Source: Haliotis rufescens
Taxonomy: Eukaryota
Reading direction: 5' to 3'
Length of the DNA stretch: 64,000 bases
Assembly (NCBI RefSeq): GCF_023055435.1
Contig: NW_025963779.1
Location: 84,382,001 to 84,446,000 of the forward strand
A program made the translations under genes and the position numbers. Position 1 is the stretch's first letter. The number at the start of each line of letters is the position of its first letter. Of this stretch, positions 25,130 to 38,960 are shown piece after piece. The notes under the pieces were generated by a model. That model was given only the letters and a program-made list of their open reading frames with translations, did no database searches and was not told the DNA's origin.

Positions 25130-28100
25130 CCCCACGCCTCGTTAGATTGTTTACGGGTCATTTTTTACTGTGTGGTCACTCGAAACTCATGTTTCGGTAG
25201 TAAGTGATTACAGGGCAGTTTTAATCTAGTACTGACTTACTCTGGTTGTATTGAGCTCAACCTATTAGCTAGCGTTTTCCTTACTCTGTTTTCAAGTAAT
25301 CCATGGATAACCAACCTTCCCGTGATTGTCTAGCTTTTGTGGAATTTTAATATTTTCTTGCTTATTTAAAGAGTCTTTAGTCTATAAGACTAGTTTGATA
25401 TTCAGACGTTCTCGTCTACTTTACGTTACGTCTCTACGTCCTCGTTCTCTTCTCACAAAGCGACGTCAAATCCAGCTCACTTGAGCGCAATCAGTCTTTC
25501 AACTATTTATGGTTCTTTTATAACGTATTTTCCCGCATTCTCTTGATGTCTGTAAAGTAGTCCTAGAGTAATTGTCTGAATATGAACAACGTCAAACTCA
25601 AATATGTCTTGATTAAGCATTTATTCATGGTATCAATGTGAAGCCACATGCCCACCCGTAAAGGTTGAGTATGTCTCTTCTGATTCCGCCATAAACATTG
25701 TTATTCGATTAAAACTCTCTGCCATGGAGTTCAAGTAGCGTTTCTATGTTTACATATAATCGTCATTCCATTCTCCTTTCGTATTAGTTACATGCATGTA
25801 GCAAACATCATATACTCAGGCAGAACCAGAATTTTGTAGGTGTGGGGAAGTGTTGGGGTGTGTGTGTGCACATAATCCCCAAGTCACGAACTCACTTGGG
25901 CAACGGCGCAGTTAACATGTAAGGTGTCTGAAAAAGTGGATCCCACTGGATCCGTCAGTGATATTTGTCAAATTTTGAACTAATTATTCCCTTCCCACGC
26001 TTAGCGTCTGCAGTCGTAATACCTGTAAAAAATAAACTTGAAAAGTACTTAATTGAAATGCATGAGAGCGCTTGTTAACTGCTTCCGGCGACAAACCCTG
26101 TCTCGCCAGACGCTTTGATTCATGCCGTGTAGAACACTTACCCCATCATGTAAATACCTCCCCGATTAAAATCAAACATGACTGACTTTTTAACAAAAGC
26201 AATGTTTTTAATACTTCTTGAATGAACTTTAAAGATCAAAACAGGCCATTTGGGAGATAAACCTGTGATTTTGATGTTCACTGACGGGCAAAGGAAACCT
26301 CCCAATTGGTTCTATCATTTGAATTTCAATTTAAAATATCTTAAGTTAGCGACACTATCCAATATATACTGTACTGCCTTTGAATACTTCTTCATAGTTT
26401 TATTTTGAAAAATATGGTTTTCATTTAAATCTTTCAAAATCTAAAAAAGAAAAAAAATCGCATGAGGCACCACTGCTGATGGGTAGAGTATCTTAGACAT
26501 CTTATCTTTAAAAATTAATAAAGTTCCTTTTTTTTAACAAATTTACATTTCAAACATGGTAGGGGTCGTGTAGTTGTCAATTCATTTCTCTTCAAGTCAT
26601 CATTGAAACAATTTGTTTTTTCACCAAAATATTCAGCTACAGTTTGATTTTTTACAAATATTTCTGTTGCAGGTATGAGTGAAGGTTCAATAGACCTGAT
26701 CAATTTTAACAACAGTTCTTTCAATTTTCATTTACATTAAAAATAGACTCGGTATACTTTCTTTTGCCCCACAGCTTGAGTGCGGGGTTTGAGAGAATAC
26801 CCAGAGCTCTTAATTTAATTTTGGTAGCCATTTTGCCAAATGTTACAAAAATTCGAATATGCGCTTTCAAAGTGTTTCAGTATATGTAAAGATCAAGCAT
26901 GACATTTGGGAGATAAACCTCTGATTTTGATGTATGTGCGGTTTTTGAGTGATAACAAACGTGTTAGCATCATGTCTTAATTATATGTTTAAATTTTCAT
27001 ACATGGTAAATATTAGTAATACATATTGTTTTAAACGTGTATGGTAATCAGTATGCGCGGTATTATGTTACTCTCATGTGGTACCCAACTCGTTTATATA
27101 CTTAAACGCCCATGACTGGTTACTGCGCATGTCGGTGTTTCTCACGCATCAACAGCCGACAAGCCCTTCCGCAGCAGCTGCACTAATTGTTTATTAAGTG
27201 CAGGTGGTATTGGGCATACTTAGCCGATTTACATTTTAATTGTAAACGACACATTAACAAAAGTAAGATGGTCGAATGTGCAAAATCGCCTCCCGACACC
27301 TGAAAGTTCGCTAATCGTCGTAAATCTCCGGTAATCTCCGTACACATCACGTATTTTGTGGAAGAAAAAACAGGGAGACATTTGCAGACAGCCATGTTTG
27401 GTTTCAGATTAGCGTCTAACAGATTCACAAACATGACGTCTTCCGAGAATCTTCCTCAAATGTGTACTTATTAATACTTCGAAGCGGAAAATGTATAAAT
27501 ATGTATTCGGTTTATAATTTCCATGAGGACTGAGGTCGTATTGATTTCCTATGTATTAAATACATTACCCTTAGTATGGATAACAACGTCTTTATTCACT
27601 GTCACGCCGTTTCTGGGCCGCTTCTTGCCTATGTATTAATGTGTGTGTAGCCATCTCAGACCACATGACCATGCTAAAACTTGAAAATTACTTTGATCTC
27701 TCCCCGAAATGATTTCGCTTTTGTGGCTGTAAGTTTAATTTTGGTCGAATGCAAATTCTTTCTTATTTAATAAATACTTTCATTTTGATTTAATCGTATA
27801 TGTTGTAGAAAAGTCAGGCTTGAAAGGAAATACTGGTGTCCTTCCCAGTGCTGTTGCTTGCATATTGCTAAAAGCGGCGTAAAACCAGACTCATTCACGC
27901 ACATTCGGAAACGTTTAAGACTTCCAGAAATGTATGATTTTTTAAAATTGAAATAAAACTATATTCTTGTTTTATTAAGTGCTATTCGTTGCTACTCTGC
28001 ACTATTCCTCCAAATCTACCAAAAGCAATTAGCCTCGAGCATCTCGTCAATCTTGACCACTGGTTCCACACGAAAGCTCTAATAGTAAAACTAGACTGTT

Positions 28101-30130
28101 TACATGCAACATAACACACCGCACCCTGTCTCAATACTTTGTTTAAGGGGAGTTTTGGACCGTGTAGATAGTAAGTGATACTGTACGCATTACGCAGGGG
28201 AGCAGTCATTTCCCTTTACAATCATTGCTCGGGGAGCAGTCATTGTCCATCACTGCACAGTGTCGAGTACATGAGATCACGTGAGGGTAGGCCGGCGATA
28301 GTGTAGCCATTAGTAATGTCGCTTGGGTGAGAACCTCGAAATGTGCTGTTGCGTAGTATTAAAGGTGTTACAACACATCGCACATAATAAAGTATTTGTT
28401 GTAAATCAATACGTTTCAATCCAAATAAATAAATTGTTAGGGATTCATGTCATTTGATTGGCTAACCAACAACTATTTGCCATAGTGTCACCTTGACATG
28501 GGCTAATATCGTGGATGTATTTCCAACCTTTTGTGCAAGACATTGTTTTCTCAAATATATGTGTATTGGTTGTGAGGTAAGCAATATATGTGATATTTAC
28601 CAGGCCGTCACTTGACGTCGTCATGTGAACGGTTGTTACTGAAGTAGCGTGTAGTGGTATTAGCGAACATAGCGTTATTTCAGTTTAACTATTGAATTAG
28701 CCTAAACCGCATATATCCTTTGTCACAAACAAACACCAGGCTCATGTACACCAAGCTATAGTGTTTACTTAAAGCTACACCTGTTTTAGTTTTAGAAGGA
28801 CAACAAATAAAGGATTGTGTAGGGGCAAATAAACAAATCTTCTTATTCTTTCACAAACGGAATGCGGACCAAAATGTTGCGAACGATCTGAAAAGAGTCG
28901 TTTCAAATATTTGTCTGTAATTTGGAGATGTAAATGAATTATTGCTGAGACTCGGGCCAACGTTACGTCGCATGCGGGCGTCGTCTCCAAAGCCGTCAGC
29001 ATAAGTCAGATGGCAGGCATGATTAGTCTGTTTACAGAAGTGTAGCTCACCTGATTAAAGGATTTGATGCGATCTCCCTTTCGCCCCAGCCTATGTAACA
29101 GTCGGTTCAACTTGGAACTTAACAGATTCCCACTTGTTGAAGTGACGTACACTTACATCTGTAGTTTATGTCCACCTGACAATGCGGAATGAGGACGATG
29201 TGTTTAAATGATTAGTTTTGAGATGAACTGTTTTATACGTATTGACGTCGCCACTAACTGATTTCAGATCCAGTTCAGCTTGTCCTTGTGTATTCGCACC
29301 TCACCATTGATGTGTGAGTTATCTGAAGACATCAGGACTCGGATCTTATGCTAGCCTGACCCAACTGACACTAATACACCACTCAATGGTGGGATGTCTT
29401 TCTCTGCAGTCTTGGATCTTCATCGTTTGTTGTGATAAAATATCATTTTTAAAACAGTTAAATTGAACTGAATTAAAAGTCAATTTTTTTACCTTATGCC
29501 CAAACCATGTGGTAATGTACGGTCAATCCTACTGTAAAATCGCCTTATTTCTATTCATATAAAAACGAGGAAGGCAAAAATCGTTATCTGAAGAAATGTT
29601 GATGAATAGTAATGTATTTTATCAATGATCTCAGGGTTCTATGATTCCATAGCTTTGGTATCAACCCCTAATAATGGAATATATTTTATATACATATATT
29701 TTATATATTTGGGGTTTGACTGAACAATTTCAGAACATGACCTGCCTCGTGGCAACATCAACACCCACTGTGGCCACAGGTAACCGTATTGCACCTTAAG
29801 GAGCACGTTTAAGGGACAAGTAAACCAAGATTCCACACCATCGCTTGTCCTGACATGTCTCAGACGACAAACCTTCTTGTCGTAAAACAAAGAAACGTAT
29901 TTACATGGAAAAGCTGACTTCCGGTTTCACGAACCATTTCAAAGACATTTGGTGTAAACAATCGTCTGCGATCGCCGGTTTGTGATTTCTAGGGTCTGTG
30001 TAGGACTATGGGTTAAATACAGGTCAATGTGGGGAGGTTCCCAAGCGACCCCCTTAGGTGGACTCACCTACATGACATAAGTCAGTTCTAAAAGTACGTG
30101 ATCCTGTAAAAAAGTGACACGTCGAAAAAT

Positions 30131-30138
30131 CTATAAAT
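30131..30138 (+). promoter_or_regulatory. TATA box of CBM14 gene copy 1
   Basis: ctataaat ~65 bp upstream of ATG; conserved at the same position in copy 2. Confidence 0.65.
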
Positions 30139-30198
30139 GCCTGTTCCCTTATATTCCTCAGTCGCTTTCGTTCTCAAAACGTCTCTCAACTCAACGCA

Positions 30199-30508
30199 AT
30201 GGGCTCAAAGGTCCACATCGTCATATTCGTGTTTGGACTTGCCGCCATTTTGTTTTTGAATGCGGTCGATTCCATCGATTTTCTCGACGACAATTTCGGA
30301 GCAGACCCCGGATGTAAAGACCCATGGACAACGGAGTGGACCAGAGATAACCAAGACTGCAGTAAAGTTCATTTCTGTGTACAGGGCAAGAAATACTGGA
30401 GTATAAACTGCAACGACAGTCGAGTGTGGTCCAATATCGGCCATGCATGCGTGGAGCCAATGTCCCAGTGGGACGACTGTAATCAAGTGATGACCACCCC
30501 CGCTATCA
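30199..30508 (+). CDS. Secreted 3x chitin-binding type-2 (CBM14/peritrophin-A) protein, copy 1, exon 1 (signal peptide + CBD1)
   Basis: Hydrophobic N-terminus MGSKVHIVIFVFGLAAILFLNAVDS, six-Cys CBM14 spacing, A|gtgagt donor phase 1. Confidence 0.9.
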
Positions 30509-30666
30509 GTGAGTACACCAGAAGTTTGGTTTGCACTGTCATATATTTCAGCATTATAAGAAATATGACGTCATCAAGTGCCATGACGTCAAAGATATTT
30601 ATGTGACATCGGTCAAAAAGGAGGTCTCACTAAACGGATTCATCTCCCCTTTTTACTGAAATAAAG

Positions 30667-30828
30667 TGATTGAGTATGGTTTTACGCCGCTTTTAGAAAT
30701 ATTCCAGCAATATCACGACGGGGGACACCAGAAATGGGCTTCGCACATTGTACCCATGTCGGGAATCGAACCCGGGTCTTCGGCGTGACGAGCGAACACT
30801 TTAACCACTAGGCTACCCGATCGCCCCT
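30667..30828 (-). mobile_element. SINE family B in intron 1 of copy 1
   Basis: Consensus match; TSD tgaaataaag; absent from copy 2. Confidence 0.9.
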
Positions 30829-31137
30829 TGAAATAAAGACAATGGCAATAAATTTTCACTATGCAAAACTACAGGCACCAGTATTACACTGGGAAGCTCG
30901 TCAAGACTTTTTATGTTACATTCTATGGAACATTTAGCCATTGCAATGCGTCATATTACCCCAAATATCACACATTTGAGATTTTTAGATAAATTTGATT
31001 TACAAAGTTCTCAATCAAAATTCACGTTGGATGATAATACAAAAGGTCACTGGGACTTACAGATTATTTCCCACCTAGTGAATTTATGATTGTACTAATG
31101 GCACTTCTTCATTCGGGTGTGATCGACCACAGAGTTC

Positions 31138-31340
31138 TGGGCACCGTTCCACAAAGCGATCTTACCGCTAAGATGATCATAACTCCCATACTTTAACATA
31201 GGCTTACGACAATCGTAGCCCGACGATCGCATTGTGGCTCCGTTCCACCAAGCGATCTTAGCTTTGAGACTATGGTACCTCCTATACTTTAACATAAACT
31301 TACGACAATCGTAGCTAAGATCACATTTGGCACGGGGCCC
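31138..31340. mobile_element. Two tandem short palindromic MITEs
   Basis: ccgttccacaaagcgatctta..ctcccatactttaacata..cttacgacaatcgtagc occurs twice. Confidence 0.7.
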
Positions 31341-32427
31341 AGGATATGTGCCCCACATGTATCAAGGACAAGGAAAAATATGAATTTTGCTCGAAGTTGA
31401 TTGGCTAATCCACTCCTGTGTTCATTTGTTTTGGAAAAAGCCATTACGATGTGACGTCATATCAGTTGATTGTAAATAACATTAATATGACGTCATCCAT
31501 TGTTCTTGACATCACGGGACGTCATTATTACAATAGCGGATTGAGCTGATGTCTCTAAATATGATGCGGAAACTTACTCTTTTCTCACAGTTTCTTTATA
31601 TTGCATAATTTGCTCGCAATTCCGTATTACTGATAATATTTCCAAAATATATTAATTCACGATCTCGTCATGATATTCCTCCTAGTTTGTCAGTTATTCC
31701 CACTTTAACATACAATAGTACGCGAGAAAGTGCAATATCTAACACTGGAATCGGTATCCTGCATCCCCCGACATATTCATTACAGTGCTTAATGTCCACG
31801 TTCTAAAGAGATTGATCGCCGTGAATAGCTGTAAAAATTGCTGATGCGGCATAAAACAATATTCATTCATTCTAAAGAGATTGCTTGAATGGAATCTACA
31901 TTGACTGATATAGAACTGTGGTCTCCAAAAATATTTGAACTCTAATATCAAATAATTATTACAATTGATCTTTTATACATAATAGCTACTATTACTACCG
32001 CGTTGTGCAAACAGTTGGTGAGCTAGCGTGATACTCAACGGCGATCTATTTGTTTTGATGAAAAATGTTAATCGTCCAGAATATTTGTCAATACATATAC
32101 TCAAACACTCAAAGATATTTGATATAAACATACACTTCATTAGCATGTCCAACATGTCATTGTTTTGTTATGTTTACAGAAGAAAGTCTTTTGAAACCAA
32201 TCTTGTATAAACATAGAATTGCATTTTCCAGATTTAGATGCCCATCACATGTGTTTTAATTGAAACATTGTACGTTGTACATATTTAGCTCCATTATTAT
32301 ACCAATTCTAAATATTTGTAAGTTTAATGAATTAATGTCATCTGTAAATATCAATGTATTAATGTCATTAACAGCTTTATTTGTCACTTTGAGAAATCAT
32401 AAGACATGTGACATAAACAACTGAACA

Positions 32428-32826
32428 TTATTTCTGTACATGTACTATCCACACATATGTGTACGATAGACACGTGGTCTTTCAGTATTTCTGTACATGT
32501 ACTATCCACACATATGTGTACGATAGACACCTGGTCTTTCAGTATTTCTGTACATGTACTATCCACACATATGTGTACGATAGACACGTGGTCCTTCAGT
32601 ATGTTTGTACATGTACTATCGACACATATGTGTACGATAGACACGTGGTCCTTCAGTATGTTTGTACATGTACTATCCACACATATGTGTACGATAGACA
32701 CGTGGTCTTTCAGTATGTCTGTACATGTACTATCCACACATATGTGTACGATAGACACGTGGTCTTTCAGTATGTCTGTACATGTACTATCCACACATAT
32801 GTGTACGATAGACACCTGGTCTTTCT
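32428..32826. repeat. 57-bp tandem repeat (~7 copies), intronic
   Basis: Unit tatttctgtacatgtactatccacacatatgtgtacgatagacacgtggtctttcag. Confidence 0.95.
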
Positions 32827-33529
32827 GCATTAAAGACTTAGTCATTAAGGATAAAATTTAACATTTTGATTTGCATAGAATCACTAGACAGGACATTGTC
32901 GGTAGTTAATTTGAATTAGCGTTTTAATTAAAGATTTTTTGTGATCTTGCCCTTCGTTTGAAGCCATCGCTGACATTATGTTGAAGCCAACACGAATTTG
33001 CTCCGTTTCACATGTTCAGAAGAGAGAGGTATAAATCATTGCGACGCAGCGACGTGAACGGCTCACTTCGACATTTAGTGTTCTTACAGTTGTTCTGCAA
33101 ACTTGGCTTAAACTACAAATAGGTAACGCGTATGCAAACAGCTGTTAGTGTTCATATGTTGGCCCTGGGATCTATTAAACGATTCTCTATTTGTATTTTA
33201 ATACAAATTTAACATTCATATTAGATAAATCACAAACAACTCTCGTTCTTCATAGCCTCAGTTGTTTGATCTTCTGACGCTTGTAGTTGCCTCGCTCACT
33301 TTAAAATATCAAGCGAACCGATAAACACTGAACACTGAATAGTTGAGCACTCGTCACTTAGTTATAATTTCGCCTCTGTCATATAGTAACAAAAAGCAGC
33401 TAAATTCAACTTACAGCAATATTCCCGGAATCAAGTAAAGTGAGGTTTTATCTCAGTAATGTACGGTTTACCAACCCTTCGACATGGTGCACACGGATTC
33501 TAGCGCACAGCCGATGTAGTGACCTGTGG

Positions 33530-34195
33530 GTGTAATCTATGACGAGTTCTGTAACGTGTTCTATGGAGTGATCTGTGACTGTGTTCTATGACGTGTTTGA
33601 TGACTATTTTATGACGTGTCCTATGATGTGTTTTGTTATGTGTTTTATGACGTGTTCTGTGTGTTTTATGACGTGACCTATGACGTGTTTTATGGCTGTT
33701 TTATGACGTGTCCTATGACGTGTCCAATGATGTGTTTTATTATGTGTTTTATTATGTGTTCTATTATGTGTTTTATGACGTGACCTGTGACGTGTTCTGT
33801 GTGTTTTATGACGTGACCTATGACGTGTTTTATGACTGTTTTATGACGTGTCCTATGACGTGTCCAATGATGTGTTTTATTATGTGTTCTATTATGTGTT
33901 TTATGACGTGACCTATTACGTGTTCTGTGTGTTTTATGTCGTGTTCTGTGGTGTGTTTTATGACTGTTTTATGACGTATCCTATGATGTTTTATCATGTG
34001 TTCTATGATGTGTTTTATGACGTGATCTATGACATGTTCTATGATGTGTTATATGACATGTTCTATGATGTATTGTATGGCGTAACCTATGACATGTTCA
34101 ATAAGGTGTTATATAAAGTGATCTATGACTATTTTGTGATGTGTTTTGTGACGTGTTTTATTGCGTGTTCTATGATGTGTTCTATGATGTGTTCT
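33530..34195. repeat. Low-complexity ~12-bp (tatgacgtgttt-like) repeat, intronic
   Basis: Direct reading; shorter homologous tract at 41315-41530. Confidence 0.85.
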
Positions 34196-34227
34196 TGTCA
34201 TGATGCAGTGATCTATCTCCTCCCCAG

Positions 34228-34434
34228 ATGACGAGCGTTGCGTCCTCCCCAGTGGAATGAACCCTGACCCCGACAACTGTGCCCAGTTCCTGGCCTGCAC
34301 CAACCGGACAGTGGTGGCCACGATGCAGTGTCCAGAGAACACGCTCTTCTCCACCAAGAACAACACGTGCGAACTCAGTTTCCTAGTGGCTGACGAGTGT
34401 CGTACGAGACTCATTCCCGACCACGTTGTTGTTA
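34228..34434 (+). CDS. 3xCBM14 copy 1, exon 2 (CBD2: CVLPSGMNPDPDNCAQFLACTNRTVVATMQCPENTLFSTKNNTCELSFLVADEC)
   Basis: ccccag acceptor, phase 1-1, classic CP..TLF..C motif; donor inferred from paralogue because the N-gap starts at 34436. Confidence 0.9.
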
Positions 34435-34435
34435 G

Positions 34436-34572
34436 NNNNNNNNNNNNNNNNNNNNNNNNNNNNNNNNNNNNNNNNNNNNNNNNNNNNNNNNNNNNNNNNN
34501 NNNNNNNNNNNNNNNNNNNNNNNNNNNNNNNNNNNNNNNNNNNNNNNNNNNNNNNNNNNNNNNNNNNNNNNN
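34436..34572. other. Assembly gap (N run)
   Basis: Ns. Confidence 1.
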
Positions 34573-34995
34573 TGTCTCAAGTCATTTAAACAACACAAAG
34601 CTTCCTTGCGTTTTGTGATTTCATTTTACGTTGCAACTAGAGATTGATCATTTGTTCAGCAATCTCCCAAGTCCTCCTTTTATTTACTTTATGTTTTCTT
34701 CTGATACATTAGTTGAGTTAGGTGATTATGAACGCAGGAGAAGGAGCTATCTTAAATCTAGAATTTCAAATCCGATCCTTGGATTCTTTTAAAAATTAAA
34801 TAAAAAGGAAGTGTATAAGAACGATTCACTCTTTGGAGGCAATGGAGTTAATTTATACACGAATCAAATAATAATCGTTGTTGTGAAAAAAGTTAACAAC
34901 TATACCCTAGAAATCACATAGAGATGTTGTTTGTGTGCAAACTGTAGTTTCATAATTTAAGCTTAGATTTCATTCCACGAGAAATCCGACAAAAG

Positions 34996-36060
34996 CTTGA
35001 AGGTATCTACTAGGTATTACACGGAAACATGTATGTCAATGCTAGTTATCATATCACCAGACATGGACGTATTGCTGTCTTGTGTATGTATCTTGAAGGT
35101 ATCTACTAGGTATTACACGGAAACATGTATGTCAATGCTAGGTGTCATACCACCAGACATGGACGTATTGCTGTCCTGTGTATGTTTCTTGAAGGCCTCT
35201 ACAAGGTATTACACGGAAACATGTATGTCAATGCTAGGTGTCATACCACCAGACATGGACGTATTGCTGTCCTGTGCATGTTTCTTGAAGGTATCTACTA
35301 GGCATTACACGGAAACATGTATGTCAATGCTAGGTGTCATACCACCAGACATGGACGTATTGCTGTCCTGTGTATGTTTCTTGAAGGTCTCTACTAGGTA
35401 TTACACTGAAACATGTATGTCAATGCTAGGTGTCATACCACCAGACATGGACGTATTGCTGTCCTGTGTATGTTTCTTGACGGTCTCTACTAGGTATTAC
35501 ACGGAAACATGTATGTCAATGCTAGGTGTCATACCACCAGACATGGACGTACTGCTGTCCTGTGTATGTTTCTTGAAGGCCTCTACTAGGTATTACACGG
35601 AAACATGTATGTCAATGCTAGGTGTCATACCACCAGACATGGACGTATTGCTGTCCTGTGTATGTTTCTTGAAGGCCTCTACAAGGTATTACACGGAAAC
35701 ATGTATGTCAATGCTAGGTGTCATACCACCAGACATGGACGTATTGCTGTCCTGTGTATGTTTCTTGAAGGCCTCTACTAGGTATTACACGGAAACATGT
35801 ATGTCAATGCTAGGTGTCATACCACCAGACATGGACGTATTGCTGTCCTGTGTATGTTTCTTGAAGGCCTCTAATAGGTATTAAACGGAAACATGTATGT
35901 CAATGCTAGGTGTCATACCACCAGACATGGACATATTGCTGTCCTGTGTATGTTTCTTGAAGGCCTCTACTAGGTATTAAACGGAAACATGTATGTCAAT
36001 GCTAGGTGTCATACCACCAGACGTGGACATATTGCTGTCTTGTGTATGTTTCTTGAAGGT
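34996..36060. repeat. 96-bp tandem repeat (~11 copies), intronic
   Basis: 32-aa periodicity in ORF track; unit cttgaagg..ctaggtattacacggaaacatg..gtatgttt. Confidence 0.95.
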
Positions 36061-37173
36061 GTAATTAAGTTTTATAGATGTCAACCATGGCAAACTATGT
36101 ATACAGTCTTTTATAATTCAGATCACATATATGCACAACAAACAATCTCTCTTTCTGTAACGTCAACCCCTTGCAAGGCACCGATCTAGTATTAAGTGCA
36201 AGAGTAAAACAAAATATAACTCAATTGATTCAGAATTTTAGTTAAATATGTAGCATTCGAGTCTTAGTTTGAAATCAACCTTTTAATTCGTTCTTAACTT
36301 AATCTTAATGCATACAAATATCGTAGTCCAATTCAAGCTGCTATATTTGCACAGTCGTCCGCTGTTTACCGTCCCTGACATTTGCAACTTTAGCCAGTGT
36401 CCGAGTAAATTAGGTTTTGTGATCCTCACAATTCTGTCAAACACCACAAATAGTTCTGTCTCAATATCATCCCGTGATCAAGCCGTTTCATAATGTTTGT
36501 CTGTCCAATAGAGCATAAGGTCAGGCTGTCCCCTTGTGTCAAGTCCACTCTCAATGGTGTTTTGTGGTTCAGGTCAACCTCAAATATTAACTGTATTAAC
36601 AGGCCAACGACAAGTTGATGTGTGGCTTTTTTTCGAAGCCAAGTGATGTATTTGATAGCAATAAGCCATAGCGACCTTTAGTGACACGTGCCCCTGATAG
36701 ACGTGCTACGTGGGTAGACTTCAGCTGGTGTGTGGACTAAAGGAGAGACACAGGTGTGCGCGGAGAGAACTTGTGAGAGATGTATGAGAGACAGAACGGA
36801 ATATTTGATACTGTTACGTTCTACATTTCAAAGGATAATTTCACACACTTCACAGGGGAATTAGTTTGAAATCGACTTGTAAGCATGATATTTACCAATG
36901 TTATTGAGCGAGGGGATGAATATTGCTATATGCCTATACGTCCTGCTAAATTAGGAATATGAGGCCATGAAGCTTTCAAAATACTTCATTATTGTTTTTA
37001 TACGATTATTCAAGGTTACGTCTTGCCTAGTCCTCAGGGGAAATGATATTAGTATCAAAAGAGTAATATGATCCTATTCTATCATTAAAATGCCTGTCAA
37101 AGATTTAACCATTGTAGTCATCATGCTCACTTCATATTGCATGTCTATTAACATTATCACATCTCGACTTCAG

Positions 37174-37382
37174 CCACTGCCAGTCCAATCATCGACAAAC
37201 CTTGCGAGGGGACCAAGAACGGTGACGTCCATGACCCCACCCATTGTGCCCGCTTCTACAAGTGCAACTACGGTCGCGTCGTCGCCAGAATCAAGTGTCC
37301 CGCAAACAGTGCCTTCTCATCCGAGAAGGTCAAGTGCGACTGGAGAGCAAACGTCGACTGCCAGGATCGTCCACTCTCTTGA
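37174..37382 (+). CDS. 3xCBM14 copy 1, exon 3 (CBD3 ..CEGTKNGDVHDPTHCARFYKCNYGRVVARIKCPANSAFSSEKVKCDWRANVDCQDRPLS*)
   Basis: cttcag acceptor, canonical DP..C..FY.C..CP...F....CDW..NV.C motif, TGA at 37380. Confidence 0.92.
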
Positions 37383-37911
37383 ACTCCTCTGATCACGTGT
37401 CCGTCTATCGACCAATGGTTTTGCTTCCTCGTGTCATATGAGAATACACTAATCAATGGCAACATCACCCCAACTTCTTATTTCATTGAATATCATTTTT
37501 GTTTTTAAAGATACGTTTGTTTGGTTTTATCAATTGTCGAACCAATTTGTCTACTTGTGATGACATCTGAACGAGGGCTATTTTGATTTCAGAATGATAG
37601 TTTAATACACACCTCATCTTTAATTTATTTCATTTTTGTTCAAAGAAGCTCGGATCGACATGATTTTTTTATAACTGTTCTTAATAAAACACTGTCTCAG
37701 AAAATTGTGTTCAGTCTATAGGCATATTGAAATATGGCGATTGACATATATGAACTGATAAGAGGATATGCATAAATAGTAACATTCTTCAGAATGCTTA
37801 ATGGATATTAGAATAAGTTAGTGATCGAATGAATGACGTCATGCAGTGTATGTGTTTTGTGGAGAAATAAATTGTTTTCATTAAATATTGTGACTGTTAT
37901 TGTCTTATTTT

Positions 37912-38745
37912 CGGTCTTTTGCCGCTCTCTTGGGTCTACAAGGGTCTATTACCACTCTCATGGGTCTACAAGGGTCTGTTACCACTCTCTTAAGTCTACA
38001 AGGGTATATTGCCACTCTCTTGGGTCTGCAAGGGTCTATTGCCACTCTCTTGGGTCTACAAGAGTCTTTTGCCGCTCTCTTGGGTCTACAAGGGTCTATT
38101 GCCACTCTTTTGGGTCTACAAGGGTCTATTACCACTCTCTTGGGTCTGCAAGGGTCTATTGCCACTCTCTTGGGTCTACAAGGGTCTTTTGCCGCTCTCT
38201 TGGGTCTACAAGGGTCTATTGCCACTCTTTTGGGTCTACAAGGGTCTGTTACCACTCTCATGGGTCTACAAGGGTATATTGCCACTCTCTTGGGTCTGCA
38301 AGGGTCTATTACCACTCTCATGGGTCTACAAGGGTATATTGCCACTCTCTTGAGTCTGCAAGGGTCTATTACCACTCTCATGGGTCTGCAAGGGTCTATT
38401 GCCACTCTCTTGGGTCTACAAGGGTATATTGCCACTCTTTTGGTTCTACAAGGGTCTATTACCACTCTCATGGGTCTACAAGAGTCTATTGCCACTCTCT
38501 TGGGTCTACAAGAGTCTATTACCACTCTCATGGGTCTACAAGGGTCTATTACCACTCTCATGGGTCTGCAAGGGTCTATTGCCACTCTCATGGGTCTACA
38601 AGGGTCTATTACCACTCTCATGGGTCTACAAGGGTCTATTACCACTCTCATGGGTCTACAAGGGTCTATTACCACTCTCATGGGTCTACAAGGGTCTGTT
38701 ACCACTCTCTTAAGTCTACAGAGGTCTATTTCCACACTCAAGGGT
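37912..38745. repeat. 30-bp tandem repeat (~28 copies)
   Basis: Unit gccactctcttgggtctacaagggtctatt. Confidence 0.95.
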
Positions 38746-38747
38746 CT

Positions 38748-38960
38748 GACCCGTGAAGATCCGGGTTAGAATAGGTCTTCAGCAACCCAAGGTTGTCGTA
38801 AGAGGAGACTGACGGGATCGGGTGGTCTTGGTTGATACATGCCATGGTTTCCCAATTGCGTAGATCAATGCTCATGATATCAATCACTGGATTGTCTGGT
38901 CCAGACTCGATTATTTACAGTCCGACGTCATATAGCTGGAATACTGCTGAGTGCAAACAA
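38748..38960 (+). mobile_element. SINE family A copy
   Basis: Starts gacccgtgaagatccggg. Confidence 0.85.

Noticed and set aside
25900-27900. Possible DNA-transposon remnant (direct repeat catttgggagataaacct.tgattttgatgt at ~26250 and ~26903)
   Set aside because: No transposase motif or paired TIRs identifiable by eye, so it cannot be supported.
34997-38769. ORFs of 295, 307, 289 and 278 aa
   Set aside because: Translations of the 96-bp and 30-bp tandem repeats, open in multiple frames.
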